Positions 54,075 through 62,645 of a stretch of DNA of 64,000 nucleotides are shown here, in pieces; within the stretch, counting starts at the first letter, position 1; every line of letters starts with the position of its first letter. The stretch is taken from positions 60,942 through 124,941 of the IMG/VR virus record IMGVR_UViG_3300022752_000026. The stretch is one strand, 5' to 3'. The notes under the pieces were generated by a model, which did no database searches, had not been told where the DNA came from, and saw nothing but the letters and a program-made list of their open reading frames with translations. Source of the stretch: a virus. A program made the position numbers and the translations under genes.

Positions 54075-56141
54075 TTAGTATTCAATAGCAGCAGCAGTTG
54101 CTCCACCTGTAGTGTCACGGAGGGCAGCAGCCACACCGTTTACAGAGATGGTTGATACGACCTTGAGTGACTCAACGCCAACCTTAGCAACACCTTCAAA
54201 TGTTTCTACGAACATCTTGTAGTCGTTAGTTCCGACTAGAGATGAATCGCGGATAATTCCAAGGTCAAGAGTTCCACCATCAAGGAACAAGAATGTTCCT
54301 TCTGCGAAGATGTACCAGGTGAATGTGTCTGTGAACTCATTCATTGCTCCTGCACTCTGTGAACCTGTGAAGTCATCAATGTGCCAAGTGATGTTGATAC
54401 CGCGTGATGCGATATAACCTTCAATTTCAGCATATGCATTGAGTGTGCTGTCTCCAGGCATTGATAGAGTGAGGTCTGCTGCCATTGCATCCTTGACCCA
54501 TGCTGGGGCAATAACGCGAAGTGGAGCATCTGCCTCTAGGCGATGACGACCACGGTAGTTAGCAGCAGCACGACCTAGTTGTACTAGGTAGTCACGAGCA
54601 AGACCAATAAGTGATGTTGAAGTGACTGCTGTTGAGAGGGTTGTCAAGCGAGAAAGAATTTGTCCTTCTGCTTCACGAGAGTGCTGAATCAGACCCAACT
54701 CGTTGTGACGAGCGATGAGTTCTGGGTAAGCACGAGTCATCAAGTTACCAAACTGCAACTGAAGTGTGACAGCATCTGTAGCAACTGTCTCTTCGTTTGC
54801 TGCTGACACAGTAAGAGAAGTCTTGGTGTCAGTTCCTGGGTTGGTATCTGTTGCGTTTGTCCAGATTCCAACAGCGTTGCCATAAGATGACAAGACTGGA
54901 GGTGTTACGAAGCGAATACCGCCACGGTCAGCCTGGAACTTTGGAAGTGCATCCTTGAGAGGACGAGCAGTTGTTCCAAGACCAAAGATGTCGTACTTGA
55001 CTTCATATGGTGCTGAGTGTCCACCAGAAGCAACAAGTGCTTCAGGTCCTGTTACATCCTGGATTTTCTTCCAGTTTGTCTCAGCATCGCTTGTAAGAGT
55101 GCGCTCTTCTGGATATTGAGTTGTGATAGACGCAACAATGTGTTGCTCTCCGTCTCCGCCATTTACACGGCGAAGTGCATGAATACGCTTGCTCATTGCT
55201 TCAGCAACAGCGCTCATGTCGTTAAGTGTGCTACCAGCCGTATATCCTGGAATATCTGCGCCCGCTGTGATTGCCACAGGTGCGGCAGAAGTCCGAGATG
55301 TTGGACGGCGGTCAGCCGGTACCTCAATGTTGAGGTTATCTGCGTTGTCAGCAGCGGCGGTCACGGGTGCCTCCATAGTTTCTTGAACCTTTGTTGGTTC
55401 ACTTGCTTCGGTTACTGTTTCTTGAATAGATGCTTCTGCACCTTCAGCAACTTCAGTTGTGGTTTCTGCTGATGCAGCAACTACTTCTGGAGTTTCAACT
55501 GCTGGTGTTTCAACAATTGTTTCGGCAACTGGTGCCTCTGTTGCTACTTCTGTAGAAGCAACAACAGTTTCTTCTGCTACAGCCTCGGCAACTGGTGCCT
55601 CTACTGTCTCAGTTGTTACTGGTGTTTCTGGGGTTGAGAACTCTGCGCTCTTCTCCGCATCGGTTGACGCTTCAGTCATGGACTTCTCCTCTTCTTCTTT
55701 CTTTTTCTCCTCATCTTCTGCTGCTGGAATTTCTTCAGCAACAGGAGCAGGTGCTTCTGCTGGTGCTTCAGCATCTGCTGGAGCAGGAGTTTCTGCTGGA
55801 GCCGCTTCTTCAACAGTTTCAGGCATCATTTCTTCTGCCTTCTTCTCTTCTTCTTCGGCTGGCATTGCTTCCAATGTTGAGTCGCCATCATTACCGTAAA
55901 CGCGGTTTGTTGCTTCTTGAGCACGCTGAGCGAGTTCAATTACTGCGGCCTCGCGGCGCTTGATTTCGTTACGAACTCCATCAAGCATATCGGCAAGCGA
56001 CGTCATAGCGTCAACTGTTTGCGGAGTAGGGTCTTCTTTCTCAACCGCTTCAAACTCACTGATGATTGCTGATTGAAGTTCAGTGACTTGTTCGTCACCA
56101 AGTTCACTCAGTTGGTCCATCATGCTTTTAATACGGTCCAC
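54075..56141 (-). CDS. Major capsid (hexamer) protein with N-terminal scaffold region; start moved to GTG 56141 (688 aa)
   Basis: GGAGGAGG SD just upstream of GTG-GAC-CGT; coiled coil plus acidic E/A/P/T linker, then ALVASGG..P...YD, RGGIRF, F.EGTF..LDGG.LDLG..RDS....NDY..F.E.FEG. Confidence 0.9.
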   Translation of the reverse strand: MDRIKSMMDQLSELGDEQVTELQSAIISEFEAVEKEDPTPQTVDAMTSLADMLDGVRNEIKRREAAVIELAQRAQEATNRVYGNDGDSTLEAMPAEEEEKKAEEMMPETVEEAAPAETPAPADAEAPAEAPAPVAEEIPAAEDEEKKKEEEEKSMTEASTDAEKSAEFSTPETPVTTETVEAPVAEAVAEETVVASTEVATEAPVAETIVETPAVETPEVVAASAETTTEVAEGAEASIQETVTEASEPTKVQETMEAPVTAAADNADNLNIEVPADRRPTSRTSAAPVAITAGADIPGYTAGSTLNDMSAVAEAMSKRIHALRRVNGGDGEQHIVASITTQYPEERTLTSDAETNWKKIQDVTGPEALVASGGHSAPYEVKYDIFGLGTTARPLKDALPKFQADRGGIRFVTPPVLSSYGNAVGIWTNATDTNPGTDTKTSLTVSAANEETVATDAVTLQLQFGNLMTRAYPELIARHNELGLIQHSREAEGQILSRLTTLSTAVTSTSLIGLARDYLVQLGRAAANYRGRHRLEADAPLRVIAPAWVKDAMAADLTLSMPGDSTLNAYAEIEGYIASRGINITWHIDDFTGSQSAGAMNEFTDTFTWYIFAEGTFLFLDGGTLDLGIIRDSSLVGTNDYKMFVETFEGVAKVGVESLKVVSTISVNGVAAALRDTTGGATAAAIEY

Positions 56142-56250
56142 TACTGTCCCTCCTCCGGGCCAGTTATGACAGGCATTTCCTGTCTCGCTTATCTCACTAG
56201 AGGCCGAGGGACTCCAGAAAGCATTAAATGCTTGGAGGCACTCCACCTAG
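56142..56250 (-). promoter_or_regulatory. Structured 5' leader of the capsid gene that pairs with the RBS
   Basis: GUCCCUC (56212-56206) complements GAGGGAC (56152-56146); enclosed GGCC/GGCC and GACAGG/CCUGUC stems; TAATAT -10-like element near 56257-56262. Confidence 0.55.
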
Positions 56251-56310
56251 TATTGAATATTACATTAGTTTCTATAGTGTGATTTGGCTGTTGTACGATT
56301 TTTTTACTAC

Positions 56311-59300
56311 TTAGGTAAGTAAGCGAAGTAACTTAGCCATCTGGCCAGAGATTTCAGATTGGCTATAAAAGTCGCCTCCAGACATAAAAGACTTTAGGTC
56401 TTTAGTGGCTACGTCAGCGTCTTCTTTTCCAATCTTGGCTTCAACTCTATCTATCATATTTTCCATCAAATCACGAAGAGCAGGTGGGACATCGCTAAAG
56501 CGAATCTTTTCTGCATCTTCTCCAAAAGCAAATGGAAGGTTGGCGATAACCTTTCCTAACTCTCCAGCGCTTGTTCTGACGTTTTCTAAACTTTCAGGGT
56601 TCAACGCTTTATTGTCCAATCTGTCAATAATGCTAATCAAATCGCCAGCAGCCTTCGCTGCTCCAGCGTAATTACCAGCATCATCTAGATTCTCTGCTTC
56701 TTCAATCTTTTCAACTACTCCTTGTGCGCCAGATACTCCTAGGTCCACTTTCAGCCGAGCGAGCACTTGCCGAAATTTTCCAGAGGCATCTCTGGGTTGT
56801 GTTTTACCTGGGACGTATTTAGCGATTGAATCTACTGGCTTCTGCTCGCTCTTATCTGCTTTTTTTAGTGCATCCAATTCTTCTTCAGTCAGACCTTCTG
56901 TGTCTGCTTCAGCAAATTCAAATGCAGAGAATTCGGTAAACGATGCCTCGTCTAATCCGTTTCCATCTACCAAAAGCATGATGATTTCTTCTTCGGGTGT
57001 CCACTCTCCATCAAACAAATCATCTGGTTCACTCAAGATTTCATTGATGTCTTTGACCATATCATCAGTAGAAACCTGAGTGATAAAAGTGCCCAAAAGT
57101 TCATCAATTTCAGCAAAAGATTTACGTTGTTTGTGCATCTTTGCGTGTGTTGCTGTGTAGAAACCAAGTGCTTCTTTGTGACGTAATTGGCAATAGCCTT
57201 TAGCACGAGGTCCAAGATACTTAGCCAAATGCTTTACGCAGCGCTTCCAGTCTCCTGGTGTTCCCCAGCGAATCTTTGCGGCTCCTTCACCTCTTGTCCA
57301 GTAACGACGAAGTCTTTCAGCGTTTCCTCGGTTACGGTCAAGACCACCAGCAGCAGTTTGTGATTCAACAATTTCTGCGGCAGATGCTGTGCGACCTGCT
57401 TCAGTCCAGTTTGCTGGAATGAGGTCGGCCTTATCTAGTTTGCGAGCCATCTTCATAATGTGACGACGAACCATTCCACGCTTTCCTGGCTTTGAACGAC
57501 CATAAGCGTGAATTGCGTTCTTCAAATCTCCGACATTGCGGATTGGGAAAGAACCATCTTTAAGTGCTTTTCCTTCTTCAGCAAGTTTCATACGAGCCTT
57601 GCGGTCAATAACAGCAAGTTCTGTATCAGCATCTTGAAGAGTCTGGTGCATATAGGCACTATCAGCATCTCTCATTGAGCGAACTTTTGCTGATAGTTCT
57701 TCTGCTTTGATTGCTGCTGTCATAGCAGCCATACGAGATTTAGCATCATCAGCAGCAGCAACAATTGGTGCTTCTAGATTATCTAAACGAGACTTTACTT
57801 CTTCTAGTGGGTCATGCTTGAGTTGCGCAAGAACACTTGCACCTGCTGCAACAAGAGCCATAACTTGACCAGAAGCAACACGAGCGCGAGCAATAGGGAA
57901 TCCTGGAACGTTTACTTGGCAGACAGCAACAAGTTCCAATGAACCCTTGATTGGGCGCCAGTCACCTGAAGGTGCTGATGCACGAAGTGCACGAATTTGT
58001 TCTGGTGTTGTTCCTGGACGAAGTGCTCCAGCAACCCAGATACCGTGAGCATCTTCACCAGCATGAACATCTGCAATTGCTGATGCTGTATCGTCATAGT
58101 GACGAACTGCTTCAGATGCTGATGCTTCTAGTGGAGCATGTCCTCCGGCTAAAGTTAGTTGTCCAACTGGGACATCCGCACCTTCTTCAGTGCGAACTAC
58201 GCCAGTATGGAAGTAGGCATATTTGCTTTTACTGCGTGGTGGCTTTGTTCCAAAAGCCATTCCAATGTGGTCAACATGCCATGCGGCAATGTGGCCAAAA
58301 ACCCGACCATCATCTGCTACGGTAAGAGCAGTCGGCTTGTTCAACTTAGGGTTGTCAAACCACTCTTTCGGCGGAGTAACTGGAATTGCTCCAGCAATAA
58401 TTCCGCACGCTACCAGAGCAGATGCGTCTAGCGGGTTAACGCCATCCACATAAACTCCATCTTGTATCACTTGATTATCCTCCTGCTCCGCCTTCTCGCC
58501 AACAAGAACAATTCTGCATTCTTGGAAAGCGGGTTTAGGCACAAGAGTCACTGCCATGACTCTCGCTTGTGTTATGTTCATTTTACCGCCTCCGACCTTT
58601 CCGTCAGAGTCGCCATCTGAAGCATTTTCTTCTTTTGCTTCAAACATATCCATATCAGCAGATACGCCACGGATAAATCCTCCGCGGACCAATCGTTCTG
58701 CTTCTTTTCCATAGACACCATCGTCAAACTGTCCTCTGGCATTTCCTATGCCTTCTTCAGTTCGTTCCATGTGTGTAATCTTTCCTACAACTACTGAACC
58801 GTTGTGGCCTTCACCAGTCTGTATCTGCCACAAAAGAGGTAGAGGTAGTTCACGAATTGAGATTGCGCCCTTAGCAAACTTGCGACCATCACCAGACTCA
58901 ACTGCTTCTGGAATTACCAAAGGAATCGTAAATTCGGCACCTGTTGACTGCTCTTTATTTTCAACAGTAGTTCCGTAGACTTTTTGGCGGGCATCTTCAA
59001 CTCTTGCCCTGATTTCTCCAGCCGCAATTACTGCGATAGAAGGAATGATGTATTCAGTAGAGAAAGTTTTCTTTCCATACATCTGACGATGCTCTTTGTC
59101 TCCAGTCCAAAGACCAGTTGCTTCTTTGTGACGAAGTGCGCAATATCCCTTTGCACGAGGACCCATGTATTTAGAGAGTTGACGGACGCAGCGAGTCCAA
59201 TCCCCTGGAGTATTCCAACGAATCTTCGCAGCGCCTTTTCCGTATAACCAATAACGACGAAGTTTTTCAGCATTGCCGCGATTCTTGTCTACACCACCTG

Positions 59301-61521
59301 CCGCCATGATTGCAACAATAAGTGCTTTATCAATATCAAAAGCAGATGCTGTCTGTGCTTCTACTGCATCATCAATTTGTGACATAACAGCAACAAGAGA
59401 TTTATCGTCAAGAACAACTACTGGTGGAGGAGTTGGGCTTCTCAAGTCATTGAGAACACGAGCATCCTCTTCCCACTTTCCAGGCTTACGAACAAAAGTA
59501 GTTGCGTCAGTCCCTTCTGTTGATGAAGGTATAAGAGCAACTAAATCCATAACTGCCTGAGCATCATCTGGAGAGACGATTGCCATATACATAGGAGGAA
59601 CATCAGAAGTTGCTGGAGTAAGTTTTTGTCCAGCACTTGAACGAATTCCAGAAAGATTTCCACCAGGCTTTTGCATAAACTGTGGAGAAAGATTTTTTCC
59701 AGGAGAAGGAGTTAAGTCTTTTGCTGGCTTGTATCCTTCAATTTTTGTTTCTCTGCTTCCTTTTCCAATGTCTGGGCGATACCAGTGTGCGTTTGGATAA
59801 GAGATGCTTCCATCTTTATTGACAACTTTTTGCTCTAACCATTGACGAAGAGAAGGGTCATTGTATGCGTTAGGAGATGTGTAATTCATCAACTCTTCAC
59901 GAGTCATTTTTGCTCTAGGAGTTTCTCCTGGAACTGGAGTTGATAGTCCAGACTTTAGATTCGCTGCTCCGTTAGAAGCACGCATATCAGATGCCCAGTT
60001 ACCCCAGTCAGCATTTATTGTGCTAACTTCGTTTGAGTTTAGTTGAGGAAGTCTTTCTGGAAGAGTTGCGTTTGCTCTATCAATAGGAACTCTTGGTTCT
60101 CCTAGAATTCCGCTTGTAAGATTTCTCTGACGAACATCATTTCTAACAATTGGTTTGAAAGTATCTAGTGGCTCTGTCGTATTTCCTGGAACATCAACAA
60201 AGTTTCCATTAGAAAGTTTTACTTTTACAGTTTGATTATCTGGATTTACTGATTCAATTGTTCCAGTGTATTTAGCATCTCCACCAATAACTACTTGTCC
60301 ACCAGCCTTGGCAAACTTTCCACCCTTGTCACGAACTTGTCCTCGTGCTTTTTGTGAGCGCTCTTCAGGAGTGTAATTTCCATCTTGATTTGTTGGTCCT
60401 CCAACTGGTGCAGGAGCAGGAGTTGTCTTTAGAAGACCACCTTCTCCAGCAGCAGTAAGAGAGTCATCAGTTACATCGTAATATTCGTAATAGTCTGGGT
60501 ATTCGTCAGCGTAGTCAATAGAGACTCCGTCAATCATGTCCCAATCAACGCCGTCCATTTCCTCAAGCATAAGATTTGATTCTTCAGGGTTTATCTTTGC
60601 TATTGAAATTGTTTCAAAAGGATTAGCGTCTACAAATCCAGCAACAACAATCGCTGTGTCAACATCTACAGGAACGTGAATTTTAGAAACAGAGTCATAT
60701 GCTTCATCAAGAGAACGGTCATATGTTTCAAAGTCGTGGTTGACGTTTCCTAAATCTTCCCACATTCCGTCATCCCACACATAGCATGTGCCATCAGGAT
60801 TTACTTTGTATAAACGGTCAATTCCACTTCCATCCATACGAATACGGACATAGAACTGAGGAGCAAATTCTTCTGGAAGAGAGTTTGCATCAACAAATGA
60901 ATCAAATTGAATCTTCTCTGGATTTTCATAATCAGACATCACAAAATCGTAGGAAGCAGTGATTGAGTTTTGTTTTGCTTTTCTGTTTTCACGATTTACA
61001 ATTGCTGTAGCCCATGAACGTGCAGCATCTCCACCCCAAAGTGCCCACGCAATTCTTCCGTTACTTGGGTAGCCATCTTGTTCTGGCTTATACCCCTTAC
61101 CCTTTTTATCTACTTCGTGACGTGGAAAGTATTTAGCGATGTGGCGAATCTTGCGAATACCAATTTGTCCACCACGAGCCAGAGTGCGAGCAGTATTAAG
61201 ACCTACAGATGTTCCACCACGGTTCTTATCTGCTCTCCAAGCAAGACCACGCTTTGCCTCTGCTTGAACTGATTTTGGAATAGTGTATAGACGGTCATTG
61301 TTTGAAAATACTTTAATATCTAAATCAGATATGGCAGCAACTGCCAGTTCAAACATAGAGGATGCTTCAGGTTGGGTCTGGTCTCCTGTTGGAGTAAAAG
61401 AAGACAGCAATCTATCTGCTTCGTCAACAGACAGAACTAAGTTCTTTTTCTCATCAAGAACTACGGCTTTGTCGTCTATTTGAAATACGACTTCACTGCC
61501 ATTTCGCCCAACAAATTGCAC
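56311..61521 (-). CDS. Multidomain capsid maturation protease (1736 aa)
   Basis: Core at about 58480-58935: GDGR.F, LPLPL.WQ, GH.GSVVVG.I, IRGVSAD (His/Ser of HK97/assemblin-type protease), then GRVFGHIAAW domain; lies immediately before MCP. Confidence 0.85.
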   Translation of the reverse strand: MQFVGRNGSEVVFQIDDKAVVLDEKKNLVLSVDEADRLLSSFTPTGDQTQPEASSMFELAVAAISDLDIKVFSNNDRLYTIPKSVQAEAKRGLAWRADKNRGGTSVGLNTARTLARGGQIGIRKIRHIAKYFPRHEVDKKGKGYKPEQDGYPSNGRIAWALWGGDAARSWATAIVNRENRKAKQNSITASYDFVMSDYENPEKIQFDSFVDANSLPEEFAPQFYVRIRMDGSGIDRLYKVNPDGTCYVWDDGMWEDLGNVNHDFETYDRSLDEAYDSVSKIHVPVDVDTAIVVAGFVDANPFETISIAKINPEESNLMLEEMDGVDWDMIDGVSIDYADEYPDYYEYYDVTDDSLTAAGEGGLLKTTPAPAPVGGPTNQDGNYTPEERSQKARGQVRDKGGKFAKAGGQVVIGGDAKYTGTIESVNPDNQTVKVKLSNGNFVDVPGNTTEPLDTFKPIVRNDVRQRNLTSGILGEPRVPIDRANATLPERLPQLNSNEVSTINADWGNWASDMRASNGAANLKSGLSTPVPGETPRAKMTREELMNYTSPNAYNDPSLRQWLEQKVVNKDGSISYPNAHWYRPDIGKGSRETKIEGYKPAKDLTPSPGKNLSPQFMQKPGGNLSGIRSSAGQKLTPATSDVPPMYMAIVSPDDAQAVMDLVALIPSSTEGTDATTFVRKPGKWEEDARVLNDLRSPTPPPVVVLDDKSLVAVMSQIDDAVEAQTASAFDIDKALIVAIMAAGGVDKNRGNAEKLRRYWLYGKGAAKIRWNTPGDWTRCVRQLSKYMGPRAKGYCALRHKEATGLWTGDKEHRQMYGKKTFSTEYIIPSIAVIAAGEIRARVEDARQKVYGTTVENKEQSTGAEFTIPLVIPEAVESGDGRKFAKGAISIRELPLPLLWQIQTGEGHNGSVVVGKITHMERTEEGIGNARGQFDDGVYGKEAERLVRGGFIRGVSADMDMFEAKEENASDGDSDGKVGGGKMNITQARVMAVTLVPKPAFQECRIVLVGEKAEQEDNQVIQDGVYVDGVNPLDASALVACGIIAGAIPVTPPKEWFDNPKLNKPTALTVADDGRVFGHIAAWHVDHIGMAFGTKPPRSKSKYAYFHTGVVRTEEGADVPVGQLTLAGGHAPLEASASEAVRHYDDTASAIADVHAGEDAHGIWVAGALRPGTTPEQIRALRASAPSGDWRPIKGSLELVAVCQVNVPGFPIARARVASGQVMALVAAGASVLAQLKHDPLEEVKSRLDNLEAPIVAAADDAKSRMAAMTAAIKAEELSAKVRSMRDADSAYMHQTLQDADTELAVIDRKARMKLAEEGKALKDGSFPIRNVGDLKNAIHAYGRSKPGKRGMVRRHIMKMARKLDKADLIPANWTEAGRTASAAEIVESQTAAGGLDRNRGNAERLRRYWTRGEGAAKIRWGTPGDWKRCVKHLAKYLGPRAKGYCQLRHKEALGFYTATHAKMHKQRKSFAEIDELLGTFITQVSTDDMVKDINEILSEPDDLFDGEWTPEEEIIMLLVDGNGLDEASFTEFSAFEFAEADTEGLTEEELDALKKADKSEQKPVDSIAKYVPGKTQPRDASGKFRQVLARLKVDLGVSGAQGVVEKIEEAENLDDAGNYAGAAKAAGDLISIIDRLDNKALNPESLENVRTSAGELGKVIANLPFAFGEDAEKIRFSDVPPALRDLMENMIDRVEAKIGKEDADVATKDLKSFMSGGDFYSQSEISGQMAKLLRLLT

Positions 61522-61524
61522 GGC

Positions 61525-61827
61525 TTACTCCGTCTCTTCTGGTTCTACAGACTCGTACTTCACAACGTCTTCAACGGGAATAGCCAAGTCTTCGGCATCT
61601 GCCTCGTCATAGACCGCAGTGAAGGCGGGGTCTACATAGACAACAATTAAACCATCTAAATCAAACTCCCAATCGTCTTCAGGAGATATTTCTTTCCAAT
61701 CACCTTTATCACGATAGAAAAGTCCGTCATCAGATTCATACATAAGAACAACTGCTTCATCTAATTCAGCATCGCAGAAGCAGAACAGGTCTTCTGGAAA
61801 CTCTGGTTTATCAGGGGTAAATGCCAT
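61525..61827 (-). CDS. Small, highly acidic protein (candidate immunity/head accessory)
   Basis: About 30% D/E; AGGAG RBS. Confidence 0.7.
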   Translation of the reverse strand: MAFTPDKPEFPEDLFCFCDAELDEAVVLMYESDDGLFYRDKGDWKEISPEDDWEFDLDGLIVVYVDPAFTAVYDEADAEDLAIPVEDVVKYESVEPEETE

Positions 61828-61829
61828 TG

Positions 61830-62645
61830 CTACTGCTCCTTTTTACTGTCGTCTAGTGGACCACCTGTCACCCAAGCGCGACAAGTCCTAGATGCTGCAC
61901 ATTTGAAATCAAACGCTTCGCAGTATCCAAGTTCAGCAGTTCCGATGGCATCCCAAGCATCGGTATCGGATGAACCGCCTTGCTCAATTCCTTGAGCGAT
62001 GCAGTTTTTCATTTCTGTAGTAACAACAAATACGGCGCAGTTTCCACAGCGTTGCTTCTTTGCTGTTTCGGAATCAACGCCCCACTCGCCAGCCATTTTT
62101 TGCCAATATTCTTCATTTGGCTCTTCTGGATTGAGTGGTCCATACATAGCAGTATCAATAGCGTTCTTGCGATTTTTTAGATTGATAGCAATGTCCTGAG
62201 TTGCTGGAGGGCATGTCTGCTCCCCCGCGGCGGTCATTGTTTTGTTTTCTTTTGGAGATATAGGCTTGTAAGATTTTGGTTCAAAGCCTTCAGAAGAATA
62301 ATCATCTACGAGTTCTTCTTTCGCGGCTCCCAGCGCATCATCAAAGGAAGGATAAGACTCCAAACCTTCTTCGTCTTGATAGAAGAAAACTGGCATGTTG
62401 TATGTGACAACCTCAAGAATCTCTGTAGCAGCAGTATCTGTATTAGTTACTGTATCTACTCCTTCTATAGCGTCAATGCGAGCGCCAATGGCCTGTGAGA
62501 CAGTTTCAATGGTGTTCTCTGTGGCAGTTTCTGGGAATAGAATCTCTGTTCTACTTCCATCTGTAACTATGGCAAAAGCAACATTTGGATTGCTGTCTTC
62601 TTCTTCATGGTTAGAGAAGTAGTAGGTTCTGTAGTAGTTACTCAT
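61830..62645 (-). CDS. Two-domain protein: acidic N-domain plus Cys-rich C-domain
   Basis: CPPATQD...YGPLNP...CGNC..F...GYC...FKCAASRTC..W; translationally coupled (TAATG) to the kinase gene. Confidence 0.75.
   Translation of the reverse strand: MSNYYRTYYFSNHEEEDSNPNVAFAIVTDGSRTEILFPETATENTIETVSQAIGARIDAIEGVDTVTNTDTAATEILEVVTYNMPVFFYQDEEGLESYPSFDDALGAAKEELVDDYSSEGFEPKSYKPISPKENKTMTAAGEQTCPPATQDIAINLKNRKNAIDTAMYGPLNPEEPNEEYWQKMAGEWGVDSETAKKQRCGNCAVFVVTTEMKNCIAQGIEQGGSSDTDAWDAIGTAELGYCEAFDFKCAASRTCRAWVTGGPLDDSKKEQ

Noticed and set aside
55017-55963. Plus-strand ORFs opposite the capsid scaffold region
   Set aside because: Antisense shadows of low-complexity E/A/P/T codons
56142-56246. ORF-track N-terminal extension of the capsid protein (MECLQAF...)
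   Set aside because: Strong SD lies just before GTG 56141; the extension is better explained as a structured leader
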